From assembly GCA_052327205.1 (NCBI GenBank), contig CM126204.1, positions 317,130,001 to 317,194,000 on the forward strand: a stretch of 64,000 bases of DNA, read 5' to 3'. Made by a program: the position numbers and the translations under genes. Position 1 is the first letter of the stretch. Every line of letters begins with the position of its first letter. Origin of the DNA: Somniosus microcephalus (lineage: Eukaryota). Shown here piece by piece: positions 38,088 through 49,935 of this stretch. The notes under the pieces are model-generated. The model searched no databases and was not told where the DNA came from. It saw nothing but the letters and a program-made list of their open reading frames with translations.

Positions 38088-39576
38088 AGGGGAGGGGGGG
38101 ATGGAATGGGGGGTTGGAATTGGGGGATGGGGAGGGGAGGTTGGAATTGGGGGGGGAGATGGGGAGTGTGGGGGATGGGGAGTGTGGGGGGGATGGGGAG
38201 GGAGGGATGTGGGNNNNNNNNNNNNNNNNNNNNNNNNNNNNNNNNNNNNNNNNNNNNNNNNNNNNNNNNNNNNNNNNNNNNNNNNNNNNNNNNNNNNNNN
38301 NNNNNNNNNNNNNNNNNNNNNNNNNNNNNNNNNNNNNNNNNNNNNNNNNNNNNNNNNNNNNNNNNNNNNNNNNNNNNNNNNNNNNNNNNNNNNNNNNNNN
38401 NNNNNNNNNNNNNNNNNNNNNNNNNNNNNNNNNNNNNNNNNNNNNNNNNNNNNNNNNNNNNNNNNNNNNNNNNNNNNNNNNNNNNNNNNNNNNNNNNNNN
38501 NNNNNNNNNNNNNNNNNNNNNNNNNNNNNNNNNNNNNNNNNNNNNNNNNNNNNNNNNNNNNNNNNNNNNNNNNNNNNNNNNNNNNNNNNNNNNNNNNNNN
38601 NNNNNNNNNNNNNNNNNNNNNNNNNNNNNNNNNNNNNNNNNNNNNNNNNNNNNNNNNNNNNNNNNNNNNNNNNNNNNNNNNNNNNNNNNNNNNNNNNNNN
38701 NNNNNNNNNNNNNTGGGGAGGTGGGGTGGTGGGTCGGGGGTGAGGGTGGGGTGGGTTGATGGGGCGATGGGGAGGAGGTAGTGGGGGGGTTGGGGGGTGG
38801 GGAGGTAGGTGTTGGGTGGGGGGGCGGCGGCGATGGGGAGGAGGTAGGGGTTGGGTGGGGGGGGCAGCGATGGGGAGGTAGGGGTTGTGGGGGGGGGTGG
38901 CGATGGGGAGGAGGTAGGGGTTGGGTGGGGGGGGCGGCGATGGGGAGGAGGTAGGGGTTGGGTGGGGGGGCGGCGATGGGGAGGAGGTAGGGGTTGGGTG
39001 GGGGGGCGGCGATGGGGAGGAGGTAGGGGTTGGGTGGGGGGGCGGCGATGGGGAGGAGGTAGGGGTTGGGTGGGGGGGCGGCGATGGGGAGGAGGTAGGG
39101 GTTGTGGGGGGGTGGCGATGGGGAGGAGGTAGGGGTTGGGTGGGGGGGGCGGCGATGGGGAGGTAGGGGTTGGGTGGGGGGCGGCGATGGGGAGGAGGTA
39201 GGGGTTGGGTGGGGGGGGCGATGGGGAGGAGGTAGGGGTTGGGTGGGGGGGCGGCGATGGGGAGGAGGTGGGGGGGGCGGCGATGGGGAGGTAGGGGTTG
39301 TGGGGGGGGGCGGCGATGGGGAGGAGGTAGGGGTTGGGTGGGGGGGGCGGCGATGGGGAGGAGGTAGGGGTTGGGTGGGGGGGCGGCGATGGGGAGGAGG
39401 TAGGGGTTGGGTGGGGGGGCGGCGATGGGGAGGAGGTAGGGGTTGGGTGGGGGGGGCGGCGATGGGGAGGAGGTAGGGGTTGGGTGGGGGGGGCGGCGAT
39501 GGGGAGGAGGTAGGGGTTGGGTGGGGGGGTGCGGCGATGGGGAGGAGGTAGGGGTTGGTCGGGGGGGGGGGGGGGC
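38088..39576 (+). repeat. G-rich minisatellite (unit about 38 bp, GGCGGCGATGGGGAGGAGGTAGGGGTTGGGTGGGGGGG) flanking an assembly gap
   Basis: Roughly 20 tandem units at 38760-39560; a different G-rich degenerate repeat at 38088-38213. Confidence 0.95.
38214..38713. other. Assembly gap, 500 N
   Basis: Run of exactly 500 N, probably a placeholder size. Confidence 0.99.
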
Positions 39577-39770
39577 GCCCCCTAGAAGGGAAGAGAAAAT
39601 CAGCCAGCGTGACCACTGCTGCTCACTATCCCGTGATCCCTGCTAGAAGTGTGTGTGGGTGTTATTTTGAGGACTGGCTTGGGTTCAGCTGTGAGGCCTC
39701 TATCAATGACTAGCAGGCATTCTTTATCAACGCTGTAGCATGAATGATAGCAACTTGGGTGAGGACCCAC
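39575..39770 (+). mobile_element. LF-SINE-like fragment
   Basis: GAAAATCAGCCAG..CACTATCCCGTGATCCCTGCTAGAAGTGTGTGTG..GAGGAC..CACTTGGGTGAGG-type motifs. Confidence 0.65.
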
Positions 39771-41334
39771 CCAGGAGTTGCTGCCTTCAAGGGGAGGGGT
39801 GGGAAGAAAATGAATGAAGGCAGGGTGGGGGGGGTGAGCAAAAATATTATGCAAGAACCAAATTAATCGCGTGCTGTTTATTTTTTATCATCACATTTAA
39901 TGCAAGTGTTTGATTTGTTGGGAAAAGTTTTTTCACTTATTGTGCCCATTGTTGGGTCCAGCAATTCCTGCTTTGATGCAGAGTACGGCTCCCACAAACT
40001 ATCCAAACGAGGTGTCTCAACTCGACCTCAGCAGAGTGAATCTGATATTTATATTTCTGTACAAAACATCCCTGCTGCCTCTCCAGGTAAAATTGTCATT
40101 ACAAACAAATTATGATTAGTTTTGTTCTGTGGATTTATACCCACTTGAAATTTGATTGGAGTACCCTTGCTTTATTTCATATTGAAGGGGCAGCTGTCCC
40201 ATCAGTGTGGATTAGATTTGAACCCAGATATTTGGGGTTAAAGCAGAACATTCTGGCCCACTGTGCCTGAGGTATAAAATGTGTGGGGTTCTTTTGCTGA
40301 AGTTCATGGCATGGTAGCTCGAGCAGTATTAATGTTTACAATCATCCAAGACACTGATGAATTTGCTTCTTAAGTGACTGCGATCTGTTGCTCCATTTTG
40401 TCTTAGATGAATTTGGTTAGTTCTTGGATAGCTTGCTGAATGGAATTCTGGGGGAATAGTCCGAGACCTAGAAATTCCAGGGAAAGATGTATGGTGGAAG
40501 GAGTAACAGGTTGATGGATGTAAATACTACCATTGCTTTCCCCAATATGAGTTTCATTTGGGTAGGAAATACCACAATAAATTGAAGCTTGTGTCACGTA
40601 TTGGGGATCCATATTAAAATCTGAATAAGACAGACAAAGTGAGTTTGGGGGAGGGAAGAAATTTTTTTATCTTTGTGACCTTTGTAATTTGATTTTTCAG
40701 TTTTACTGAGCAAGAGAGAGATTCATGTCATTAATTTTTTTCTAAATTTTCTCGCAGGAGTTTCCTATCAACTGTGAGTAATGCCTTGCAGTATGTAGTG
40801 AAACTGAAACTACATTACAAACTACTTGTGGTTATACAGTTTGAAAGCAAGTATCTCTCAGTGGCCAACCATAAAGAGGTGATGGTTCTCAAGAATAATA
40901 CAATTTGGCACATTATTTGATTGAGGGCAGGCCGTTTTGGGAACCTCAACATGCTCAAGTTGGCTTATGATGCTTGATATCTAGCAGTTGTATGTCTGAA
41001 ACTTTTATTTTTAAAGCCTTAAAAGTATAGCAGCGACTTCTACATCAGTAGAATTCTGCACCAAATGATATTATATAACTGGCTTAAGCATTGGGTGAGA
41101 ATTATAATCTATTCTTAAATGACCAATACTTTTCAATTCAGTTGCGTTTAACCATCATCTGATTTGTGTAGGCAAGGTAAATTCTGAAGTGCCCAAAATT
41201 TTAATCACTCTGAGATTCTAAATTTGGTTCTGAGTTTAACCTTACAACTTCAAAATTATGTCTGGCTTAATTTAACTTTTTAAATTGCTTTTCAATGAAG
41301 CCACACATTTGAGTCAACCGAAAACTTACTTTTC

Positions 41335-42900
41335 ATGGGAACAGGAGTGGGCCATTCAGTCCCTTGAGCATGTATCGCCATTCAGTTAGATCATGGCTGA
41401 TCTGTATCTTAACTGCATCTACCTGCCTTGGTCCCATAACCCTTAATATCCTTGCCTAAAAAAAAAAAAATCTGTCACTCAGTTTTTAAATTTTCAATTG
41501 ACCTAGCCTCAACAGCTTTTTGGGGAAGAGTTTTCCAGATTTCCACTACTTGTTGTGGTGAAGTGCTTTCTGGCTTCACCCCTGAACAGCCAGGCTCTAA
41601 TTTTAAGGTTATACTCCCTAGTTCTGGACTCTCCCACTAGAGGAAATAGTTTCCCTCTCTACCCTATCAAATCATTTAATCATCTTAAACACCTCCAATT
41701 AATTGACCCCTTAATCTTCTATATTCAAGGGAATACAAGCCTAGTCCATGCAACCTGTCCTCATAATTTAACCCTTGGCCCCAGTATGATTCTGGTGAAT
41801 CTGTGTTGCACCCCCTGCAAGACTAATGTATCCTTCCTGTGGTGCAGTGCCCAGAACTGAATGCAGTTCTCCCGATGAGGTCTAAATCGAGCTCTGCACA
41901 GCTGTAACCTAACTTCCACCTCTTTGTGTTCCAGCCCTCTTGAGATAAAGGCCAACATTCTATTTGCCTTTTAAATCATTTTTTGTACCTGTCCACTAGC
42001 TTTTAGTGATTTCATAGACCCCTAAATCTCTCTACTCATCCACAGTTCCAAGCTTCTCGTCATTTGAAAATACCCTGATCAGTCTTTCTTGGGTCCAAAG
42101 TGGATGACGTCACACTTTCCTGCGTCGAGCTCCGTCTGCCCCAGTTTTCTGCCTATTCACTTAATCTGTGAATGTCCCTTTGCAACTTTCTGCTCCCAAC
42201 TGCACTATTTACTGTGCCAGCAAATTTAGATGTACGTCTCTCGGTTCCTTCATCCAATCAATTAGAAATATAGTGAAAAGCTGCGGCCCCAGTACAGATC
42301 CCTGGGGACACCACTAATCCCATCCTGCCAATTTAAGTACATGCCCATTATCCCTACTCTCTGTCTCCTTCCTCTTAACCGATATCCTATCCAAGCTGAT
42401 GGGTTGCCTCCAATTCCATGCGCTCTCATTTTTGTTAACAGTCTCTTATGTGGAACCTTGTCAAATACCTCCTGGAAGTCCGTATAAATGACATCCATAG
42501 ACATTCCCTTATCTACCACATTAGTTACCACCTCAAAAAATTCAACTAGGTTAATTAAACATGACTTGCCCTTTACAAATCTATGCTGGCTCTCTCTGAT
42601 CAGCTCATATTTGTCCAAATGTTCAGTAACGTTGTCCCTAATAACAGATTCTAGTAACTTCCCCACAACTGGTGTTGGACTAAGGTCTATAATTTCCTAG
42701 TTTATCTCTTACCTGTTTTAAATATTGGAGTGACAATTTTCCAATCCAAGGGGACAATTCCTGAATCGAGGGAGTTTTCGTAAGTCATGACTAGCTGATC
42801 ATCAATTTCCTCATTTTGCTACTTTTAATACCATTGGGGTGGAAACTACCGGGTCCTGGAGATTTGTCTACCTTTTTACTCTTTTTAGTTTCTCCATCAC
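41335..42900 (-). mobile_element. CR1-like LINE fragment
   Basis: GKLLESVIRD..SQH.FVKGKSCL.NL.EFFE..DVIYTDFQ..FDKVPH and RPH.E.CIQFW; tail near 41340. Confidence 0.9.
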
Positions 42901-43772
42901 CAATTTGTTTTACTTGTATTGAATCTAGTTAGTTCCTCCCATTGATTTATTTTTATTTGTCCTTGTATCTACGGTCACATAACATTGTTCTGTAATAATT
43001 TGCTCAGAAACAAAGTGAGTATATAGCTTGTCGAAGCAAGTCACACACTTCTAATTTATTCTTGAAGTTGGAGTAGTTTGTGTCAATCTGGAGCTTAACT
43101 CAGCACTAGGGGTAGTAAACTCTACACAAGACCCTTCTGAAGTGGGCATGAGGTGTAATTGATTACCCCTGCAGTCCACCATACAGCCAGGCAATGTAGC
43201 AGTATAGTCTGGTTAGATAGGTTCTTCCTTTTGTGGAATAGAAAATAAATCCAAGGAATTTTACAAGGGGTTTCCTCCCTCACTTTCCAGAAGCAGATAA
43301 TAAAAGAACATGAGTCTTCTAAGATACCTCACTGTGTTTGTAAATCCAGTGCTGATTATACATGTCAGGTTATCAACTTATTTCTTCATTAAAGTGTTAT
43401 TGGTGAATAGAGCTCGGTAAACATTTTATACAGCAGCGGATAGAGCTGGGGTTGCCTCTGCTAACGCCTGCCACCTCAGTTCATTGTTCCTGCTCATCTG
43501 AAACATCTGAGTTGTTTTATGGGTCAAAGGACATTTTTTTCAAGAGTTTCTTGCCTACTTTGTAGAGTGCCATATAGGTATGGAATTAATAAAATAGGAA
43601 CATGGTAAACTAAAATTGGTACACAGCAAACCATCACCTAAAGTGTGCGTTAATTGTGCTGGTCAGTCTCCATTCTGTTCAAACACAGGTATTTTATCGT
43701 GATGGAAAAGAAATATAGAGGACTCTCGGGCTTCTTCTATATTCATATTTTTTCTCTTTCTGTTGCTTGCAG

Positions 43773-43884
43773 CTCTTCCTCCAAAGCCACCGAAACCCAT
43801 GGCGTCAATAACTGCCAATGGAATCAAAGACGGTGGAAGCCTATCTCTACAAGATGCTGAATGGTACTGGGGAGACATCTCTAG
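43773..43884 (+). CDS. pik3r3: pik3r3 exon 2 (proline-rich motif, start of nSH2)
   Basis: Polypyrimidine tract plus TGCAG acceptor; (A)[36 protein letters not shown](R); donor GTAGAT. Confidence 0.97.
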
Positions 43885-44415
43885 GTAGATATATCATTTG
43901 TGCCTGGTGCACTCCTATCAGCTGTTGCGATATAGCTGCCAGCTTTGCTTAACAAAACCCATTGACTTGATAAGTAAGGGCCTCAGCCTAGTCCAGCTGC
44001 TCCTGCTGCTAAATTTAACTGAAATAATCAGTTTTGTGTGTCACGCAAGGTTTCGGTCAAATCAGATCAATTGAATCAAGCAACATGGCTTTGAGAAAAA
44101 AAATCTTTTTGTGCGAGCAGCAACTTTCTTAACAGGCCTATCCATGCAGGATCAAGCAGGAAAGCTAATTACAGATAAGAATTATCTTGGATATGAAATG
44201 GAAAAGATAAGGAACAAAAAAAAAGGTAAAGTGATGAGACATTGAATAACCATTTAAATGCAGTTGGAGTAGCAACAATGCATAATTAATATTTGCATGG
44301 AAAAGCAGACAGAATAGTGTTACCAGTCTTGTCATAGTGGTAATCTAGCAGATTGGGATTTAACAGGAGCAGCTTTGCAGGGATAAATCACATGTTTGCA
44401 ATAAATGTCTACTAG

Positions 44416-44613
<198 letters not shown>

Positions 44614-44809
44614 TAAGGAAAAAAGGCATTGATAATTTAATGAAAGTGCTATGCTAATTTTTTAGATCTTGATTGCTGGATTTTTAAACTTCTACATTGA
44701 TATTTACTTGTCACTTTTTGAACCAAGCAAGATGTAAATGGTGCAGAAATCACCCCTCCCATCCCCTGCCCACATGCACAAATATTTTCATGCTGCATCA
44801 TTACAGAAA

Positions 44810-46055
44810 CTCTTAGGAAATAACTAACAAAAAGAATGGAAGAAGGCCACCCGGTTCTTGAGCCTGTCCTGTCCTGGCATGGTGTAACCTGCGTGTGCCA
44901 TCACCCCCATATAGTCTCCTGGAAGAGGCTAGGAAAAAACCTTAAACCAATTTGCGGGGGTGGGGGCGGTGCGGGGAAACACTGGGAAATTTCTCTCTGA
45001 CCCCTGAAGGCAAGAATTCAAGCTTCAAGAGACCCGAGTGATTGGTGCCACTAATCCCCAATGACCCACATATACCTCCTATATGTAGAGATGTTTGCAA
45101 CTCTCAAGTACTCGCCCAGCCCTCTTTTTAAATGCTTGCAGCAAATCTACACTCACTGCACATCCAGGCAACTTATTCCAACAGATGGTGACTCTCTGCA
45201 AAAAGAAATACCTCCAAGCATCTAACCTAATTCTACACTTTTACAACTTATAAGTATGTCCTCTGTTCCTACCTTACTCATAGAATATCCACATGGACTG
45301 AGTCTAATCCTTTCATTATTTTAAAGAACACAATCATATATTTCCTCAAATTATACACTTTCCCAAAACTAAACACCTCCTCTGAACCTTTTGCAGGGCC
45401 TCCATCACCCACTATGTGAACGGACCAACACTGGACACTTTATTCTAAATGTGGCCTGACCAAGGCTTTGTTCAAAGAAAGGATAGCATTTTTTTTCTTT
45501 AAATTGTCCTAGCAATACATTCTCATACCCTATTCGCTATCACAATAGCCTCATGGCAGTGGTCATCTACCTTCAGTGAATCATGCACTATAAATATCTG
45601 GTCCTTCTCCCACTCTGTAGCCTCAAGCACTCAACCCTCCAAGGTGTATACATGCTTAGAGTTGCTCCATCTGCTTCATGTTGCATTTGTCTATATTAAA
45701 AGATATCTGACAGACACTGGCCCATTCCACTATTGCATCTACATCCACCTGCAATCTCTTTTTCATCTAATGTCCTTACATCTGCTCATATCATCATGTC
45801 CTTCAAAAACTTGCAGATAATTTCCCTAATGCCTTCATCTAGATCACTTATAAAGATGCTGAAGTGTAACAGCCCCAACACCAATCCCTGTGGGAGTCCA
45901 CTAGTGACTGGTCCCCCACGCATCACTAATAACTATTTTCTGTGCACAAATGTATAAACTTCCTTATCGGACTCAAAATCTTCCCGCTAGTGCCACAAAC
46001 TCAAATATACTTGGTAGCCTTTTGTGCGGCACTTCGTCAAAAGCTTTTTGAAAGT
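44810..46055 (-). mobile_element. CR1-like LINE fragment, degenerate
   Basis: YLNFQKAFDEVPHKR, VTSGLPQGLVLG and LVRPHLE remnants on the - strand. Confidence 0.8.
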
Positions 46056-47283
46056 TTAGATATACAGTATTGACTGGATTGATAAATTCCTCTGGGATTT
46101 CATTAGCATCGGCAGTTAGTGTGCTGGGCCAATCATGAATCTCATTCCTCCCTTACCCATAAAGTGCTTTTCCACAAAATACCTTGGTCACACTCTTGCT
46201 CACTCTAATAAATAGGCCAATGGGTGAGAAGACCATTGTAGGTCAGTCTGTCTGAACTGAATTCTCTGTACATTGTGTGGACCAAACATGTGCTTGATTT
46301 TCATTTTTCTAAAATAATTTGGAACAAATTGCAATTTTTCCTTTTTAAAAAAAAACTTGCCAGCTGTATTCTGTTGATACCCACTCTTGTTACTATGAGC
46401 ACCTAGCAGATACTGGAGTGATATCCTATGTTGTGGGCATGCTGGAGTAGCTATTTGATGTGTACTGCAAAGATGTGCTTTACATAATTATACCATCTCG
46501 CCACTGAATAATGAATCAAACGAGTTGATGCCACCCAATCCAACGTATGTATTAGCGTGGCGTGCTCTGTCAGGGGCTTGCTAGTGTAACTCATCAGTGT
46601 CTCATTGAGTGATTTCAGCCAGTGTCGTATAATATTAGTCATAGGCCTAGATATTCGGTTGGTAGCGCCAGCAATTAGCGCCTAAAGAGCCCGAGAATTG
46701 GGGCGTTACCCAATTTTTGGGCGGGCACAGTGAATATAGCGCCACCTCCCATATTGAGTATCCTTTTAGCGCCGGCGCTAACTCTTTGCGCGCGCCCACG
46801 GGTGCAGGCAGATCATGACGTCATTTCAGTGTGCAACGCCTTTTTGGCACCCCGGACCGGATATTCGATGGCGCCCGCAACCTTTCCACCTAGCGCTATT
46901 AGTGACAGTTGGATGGAGTGTTCCCAGGCCCTTCTCAGACTCGGGGGTTGCTATTTAAAGGGGACAGCACTAGTATAAAAGCTGCAGCCATTTGGGCTGG
47001 CCATTCTGATCGTTGCTGGAGAGAGTTGCTGACCTTCTGTTGGACAGTACTTTTCTCATTGAGCCTTTGGAGGCACTGGCACTGGCAGCTTGAGGGCCTG
47101 GCTCCCGAGCTGGTGATACAGCATCTGAAAGCAGGGAGGTGGAAGAGTGGCTTTAGCAAAAGGACAGCTTGGCAGCAAGGGATGCCAGATTGCGGCAAGG
47201 CTATGACATGGGTCCACAGTGAGAAAGCATGCTGGTGGGGGGAACAAGTGGAAGGAGACAGTTGTAAAAGGTGAGAACCTTAC

Positions 47284-47446
47284 CATCGCTGTCGACAATG
47301 GGGTCGGCAGCTGCAGTGGCTACAGGACCACTCAGACGTCCTCCAAGAATCTGGTGGACTCTCTCCTCGAGATCCGTGAGAGTGACCACTTGTGGAGGTC
47401 CTCCACCGGTGTGAAGCTGGTCTTTGCCAATCCTCGCCAGCTTGGA
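47284..47446 (-). CDS. Harbinger Myb-like protein, exon 2
   Basis: Acceptor CTTCCCCTCCTTTCCCCTGCAG; SKLARIGKDQLHTGGGPPQVVTLTDLEERVHQILGG..., with the TGGG / LT..EE..ILG motif that follows this domain; donor G|GTAAGG. Confidence 0.78.
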
Positions 47447-47676
47447 CTGCAGGGGAAAGGAGGGGAAGTTATGTTACCTGATGCCCTGAGTGATCATCTC
47501 ATGCCCCCCATGGTGCAAGAGCCCTTACATGACGCCTTGAGTCAAATGTGCATGTGTGTGCCCAGAAAGGGCCATGGGTGCTTGCTGGCAGATGGCCAAT
47601 GGGGCACAGCCCACCCTGTAGCCATAAAGTCAGGTGCAAATGAAGGGATGCTGAAGTTTGCAGAAACAACACCCAC

Positions 47677-47913
47677 CCTCACGACCCGAGTGAGGTCGTT
47701 GAATTTCTTTCTGCATTGGACAGGGCTACTGGTCTCCATGCTGCTGGAGTTGACCCTCTGGCATACATCCCTCCAAGCTCGTCGGTAGTCCTTATGATTC
47801 GGCCTCCTGCCATTGTCTGGGTAGAGAACATCTCGCCGGCGCTCCACTGCGGCCACCAATTGCTCCAGAGCCTCATTGGTGAAGCGCTCTGCTCTCTGTC
47901 TCACCTTCTCCAT
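47677..47913 (-). CDS. Harbinger Myb/SANT-like (trihelix) DNA-binding protein, exon 1
   Basis: MEKVRQRAERFTNEALEQLVAAVERRRDVLY...RRAWRDVCQRVNS..METSSPVQCRKKFNDLTRVVR, the NAIF1/MSANTD/TSNARE1-type pattern; phase-0 donor AGG|GTGGGT. Confidence 0.8.
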
Positions 47914-48272
47914 CTGGTCCAAGTTTTTAGCGCCAGAGAAGGGCCTGCGCCGATTCTGAGGCCTGCAAGGCGAAGAGTGTGGATGTTGAAGCTGACTGAC
48001 CCACCCCTGCAAGAGCTGGCCGGCGCCTGGAAGTCTCGTGGTCATCGGTAATTGAGAGCACCTGCGCTGCGCCCATCCGCTCCGATATTGGGTTGCGCCG
48101 GAAGTTTAGCGCCTTAGGAGTCCCGTGTAACACCTGAATTCGCGCCTCAATCACCTTTAGGGGCGATGGAACCCAATATCGCGCCAGGTGGCGATAAGTT
48201 GCGTCTGGCTTTAAACTTTGCGCTGCACCAATTCTAACGCCCCAAGTGGGGCTATACCCAATTTCTAGGCCT

Positions 48273-48385
48273 TAGAGTCAGAGTTATACAGCACAGAAAG
48301 AGGCCCATCGCATCCACGTCGGCCATCAAGCCCTATCTAATCTAATCCCATTTTCCAGCATTTGGTCTGTAGCCTTGTATATTAT
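48273..48385 (-). mobile_element. CR1/HER1-type 3' tail
   Basis: ATACAGCACAGAAAGAGGCCC tail signature; the adjacent Harbinger element sits in its terminal TAGTCATAGAGTCA repeat. Confidence 0.6.
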
Positions 48386-49064
48386 AGGTCATATCTGACT
48401 TTACTCCATTACATTTTAAAGATCAATCAAAATGCAATTTATTTCTATTGTGATCAAATAAGAAAACTTGATGATCTGTGCAGAAAATGGATACTGCCGC
48501 TACTTTCATGTAAATCTTATTATACTAGTATGACAGCTGTAGAAGTATTTCTTAGCCCGGAGACCCTATTTTTCTTTGAACTGCACAAACCACTGCTTGA
48601 TTTGTTAATGCAGCCAATTACCTGTTTAGCACAACATTATTCCCGCTTAATTCACTCTCATTATTAGCTTATTTAAAAACTTCAATGAAATATTACTAAG
48701 AACACTTGCACAATTTCTGCGAAACCTTTTAATTGCAATGGAAGCTTTTTTTGGAAAGGTGGTTATTTTAATACCGTTGATTTTTTTTAAAACGAGGGAT
48801 CAGCTGGTGTCCATTAATGTATTTTCTCTTCAGTTTTCTCCTACTTTCTACAGCACTAACTCGTGTATTGTTTCCAAAGGAATTGATCTCAATGGTCCCC
48901 CAATTTTAAATTTGGGGGCACTGTCCCTTTAACGGGCTGCGCGGCCCATTCAAAGTTTCGCACATGCAAGAAATGTCACATTAGAAAAGCCGGTCCCGGG
49001 CTGTGCGGGACCAGCAGACAGCCGCTGTTCTCTGTCCAAACTGGTTTTCATCTTGTGCAAGCCT

Positions 49065-49380
49065 GGGCAGTGACTATTGGCAGGCTTGTTGAATGTGGAG
49101 GGCATCACACTGTTCCCAGTCTTGTCTTTACTCAACATCCATACACATGCACTTTTTAGCAGAAACCACAGGGCAGTGATAGGAGCTTTCGCACTCTCTG
49201 CATCCATTTCCCACCTAACAGACAGCCCAGAGGTGTTGGTGCCAATTGCAACAACGCAGTTACTACCTAGCAGTGATTAGTTAAGTCTGCACACAGGTGA
49301 CTGAACCTGATATGTTTTTGATCTGTATAGTTCAGCATCACACTAAGGAGTGACTTTACACATTTGGGTCAGCAGTGGAG
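49065..49380 (-). mobile_element. LF-SINE-like element, diverged
   Basis: GGCAGGCTTGTTGAATGTGGAGGGCATCACA...GCCAATTG...; colinear with 16560-16922. Confidence 0.6.
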
Positions 49381-49494
49381 ATAAATTTAGTCATTTGCTT
49401 TTTACAGAGGGGTTAAATTCTATGTAATTTAGCCTACCCAAGAATCTGCTGTAGCCAAAACCAGTGAAGAGAAGCCATTTATAAAGAAAAGAAA

Positions 49495-49935
49495 GGAAGA
49501 CTTTCATTTCTGTAGTGCCTTTCATGACCTCGGGTCATCCCAAAGTGCTTCGCAGCCAATGAAGTACTTTTGAAGTGTAGTTACTGTTGTAATGTAGGAA
49601 ACGTGGCAGCCAATTTGTGCACAGCAAGCTCCCACAAACAACGATGTGATAATGACCAGATAATTTGTTTTGCTGATGTTGATTGAGGGATAAATATTGG
49701 CCAGGACACCAGAGAGAACTTCCCTGCTCCTCTTTGAAATAATGCTATGGGATCTTTTAGGTGCACTCGAGAGGGCAGACGGGGCCTTGGTTTAACATCT
49801 CGCCCAAAAGGCAGCATTTCCGACAATGTAGCACTCACTCCAGTGCAGTACTGAGGATCAGCCTAGATTTTGTGCTCCAGTATCTAGAGTGGGCCTTGAA
49901 CCCACAACCTCCTGACTCCGAGGCAAGAGTGCTAC
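49495..49935 (-). mobile_element. SacSINE1-like DeuSINE
   Basis: Reverse complement of the same head, core and tail. Confidence 0.82.

Larger units (their letters stand above)
46644..48271 (-). mobile_element. Non-autonomous PIF/Harbinger element retaining a Myb/SANT gene fragment
   Basis: TIR GGCCTAGATATT / AATTTCTAGGCC, flanks ATA and TTA; no DDE transposase recognised; Myb-like exons on the - strand. Confidence 0.88.

Noticed and set aside
38760-39560. CRISPR-like periodicity
   Set aside because: No unique spacers, no cas genes, and a vertebrate intronic context.
38021-39616. 531-aa proline-rich ORF and overlapping Gly-rich ORFs
   Set aside because: These are translations of the G-rich minisatellite and the N gap.
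47219-47788. 189-aa + strand ORF as a Harbinger transposase
   Set aside because: No DDE_Tnp_4 motifs; it is the antisense shadow of the Myb exons and intron.
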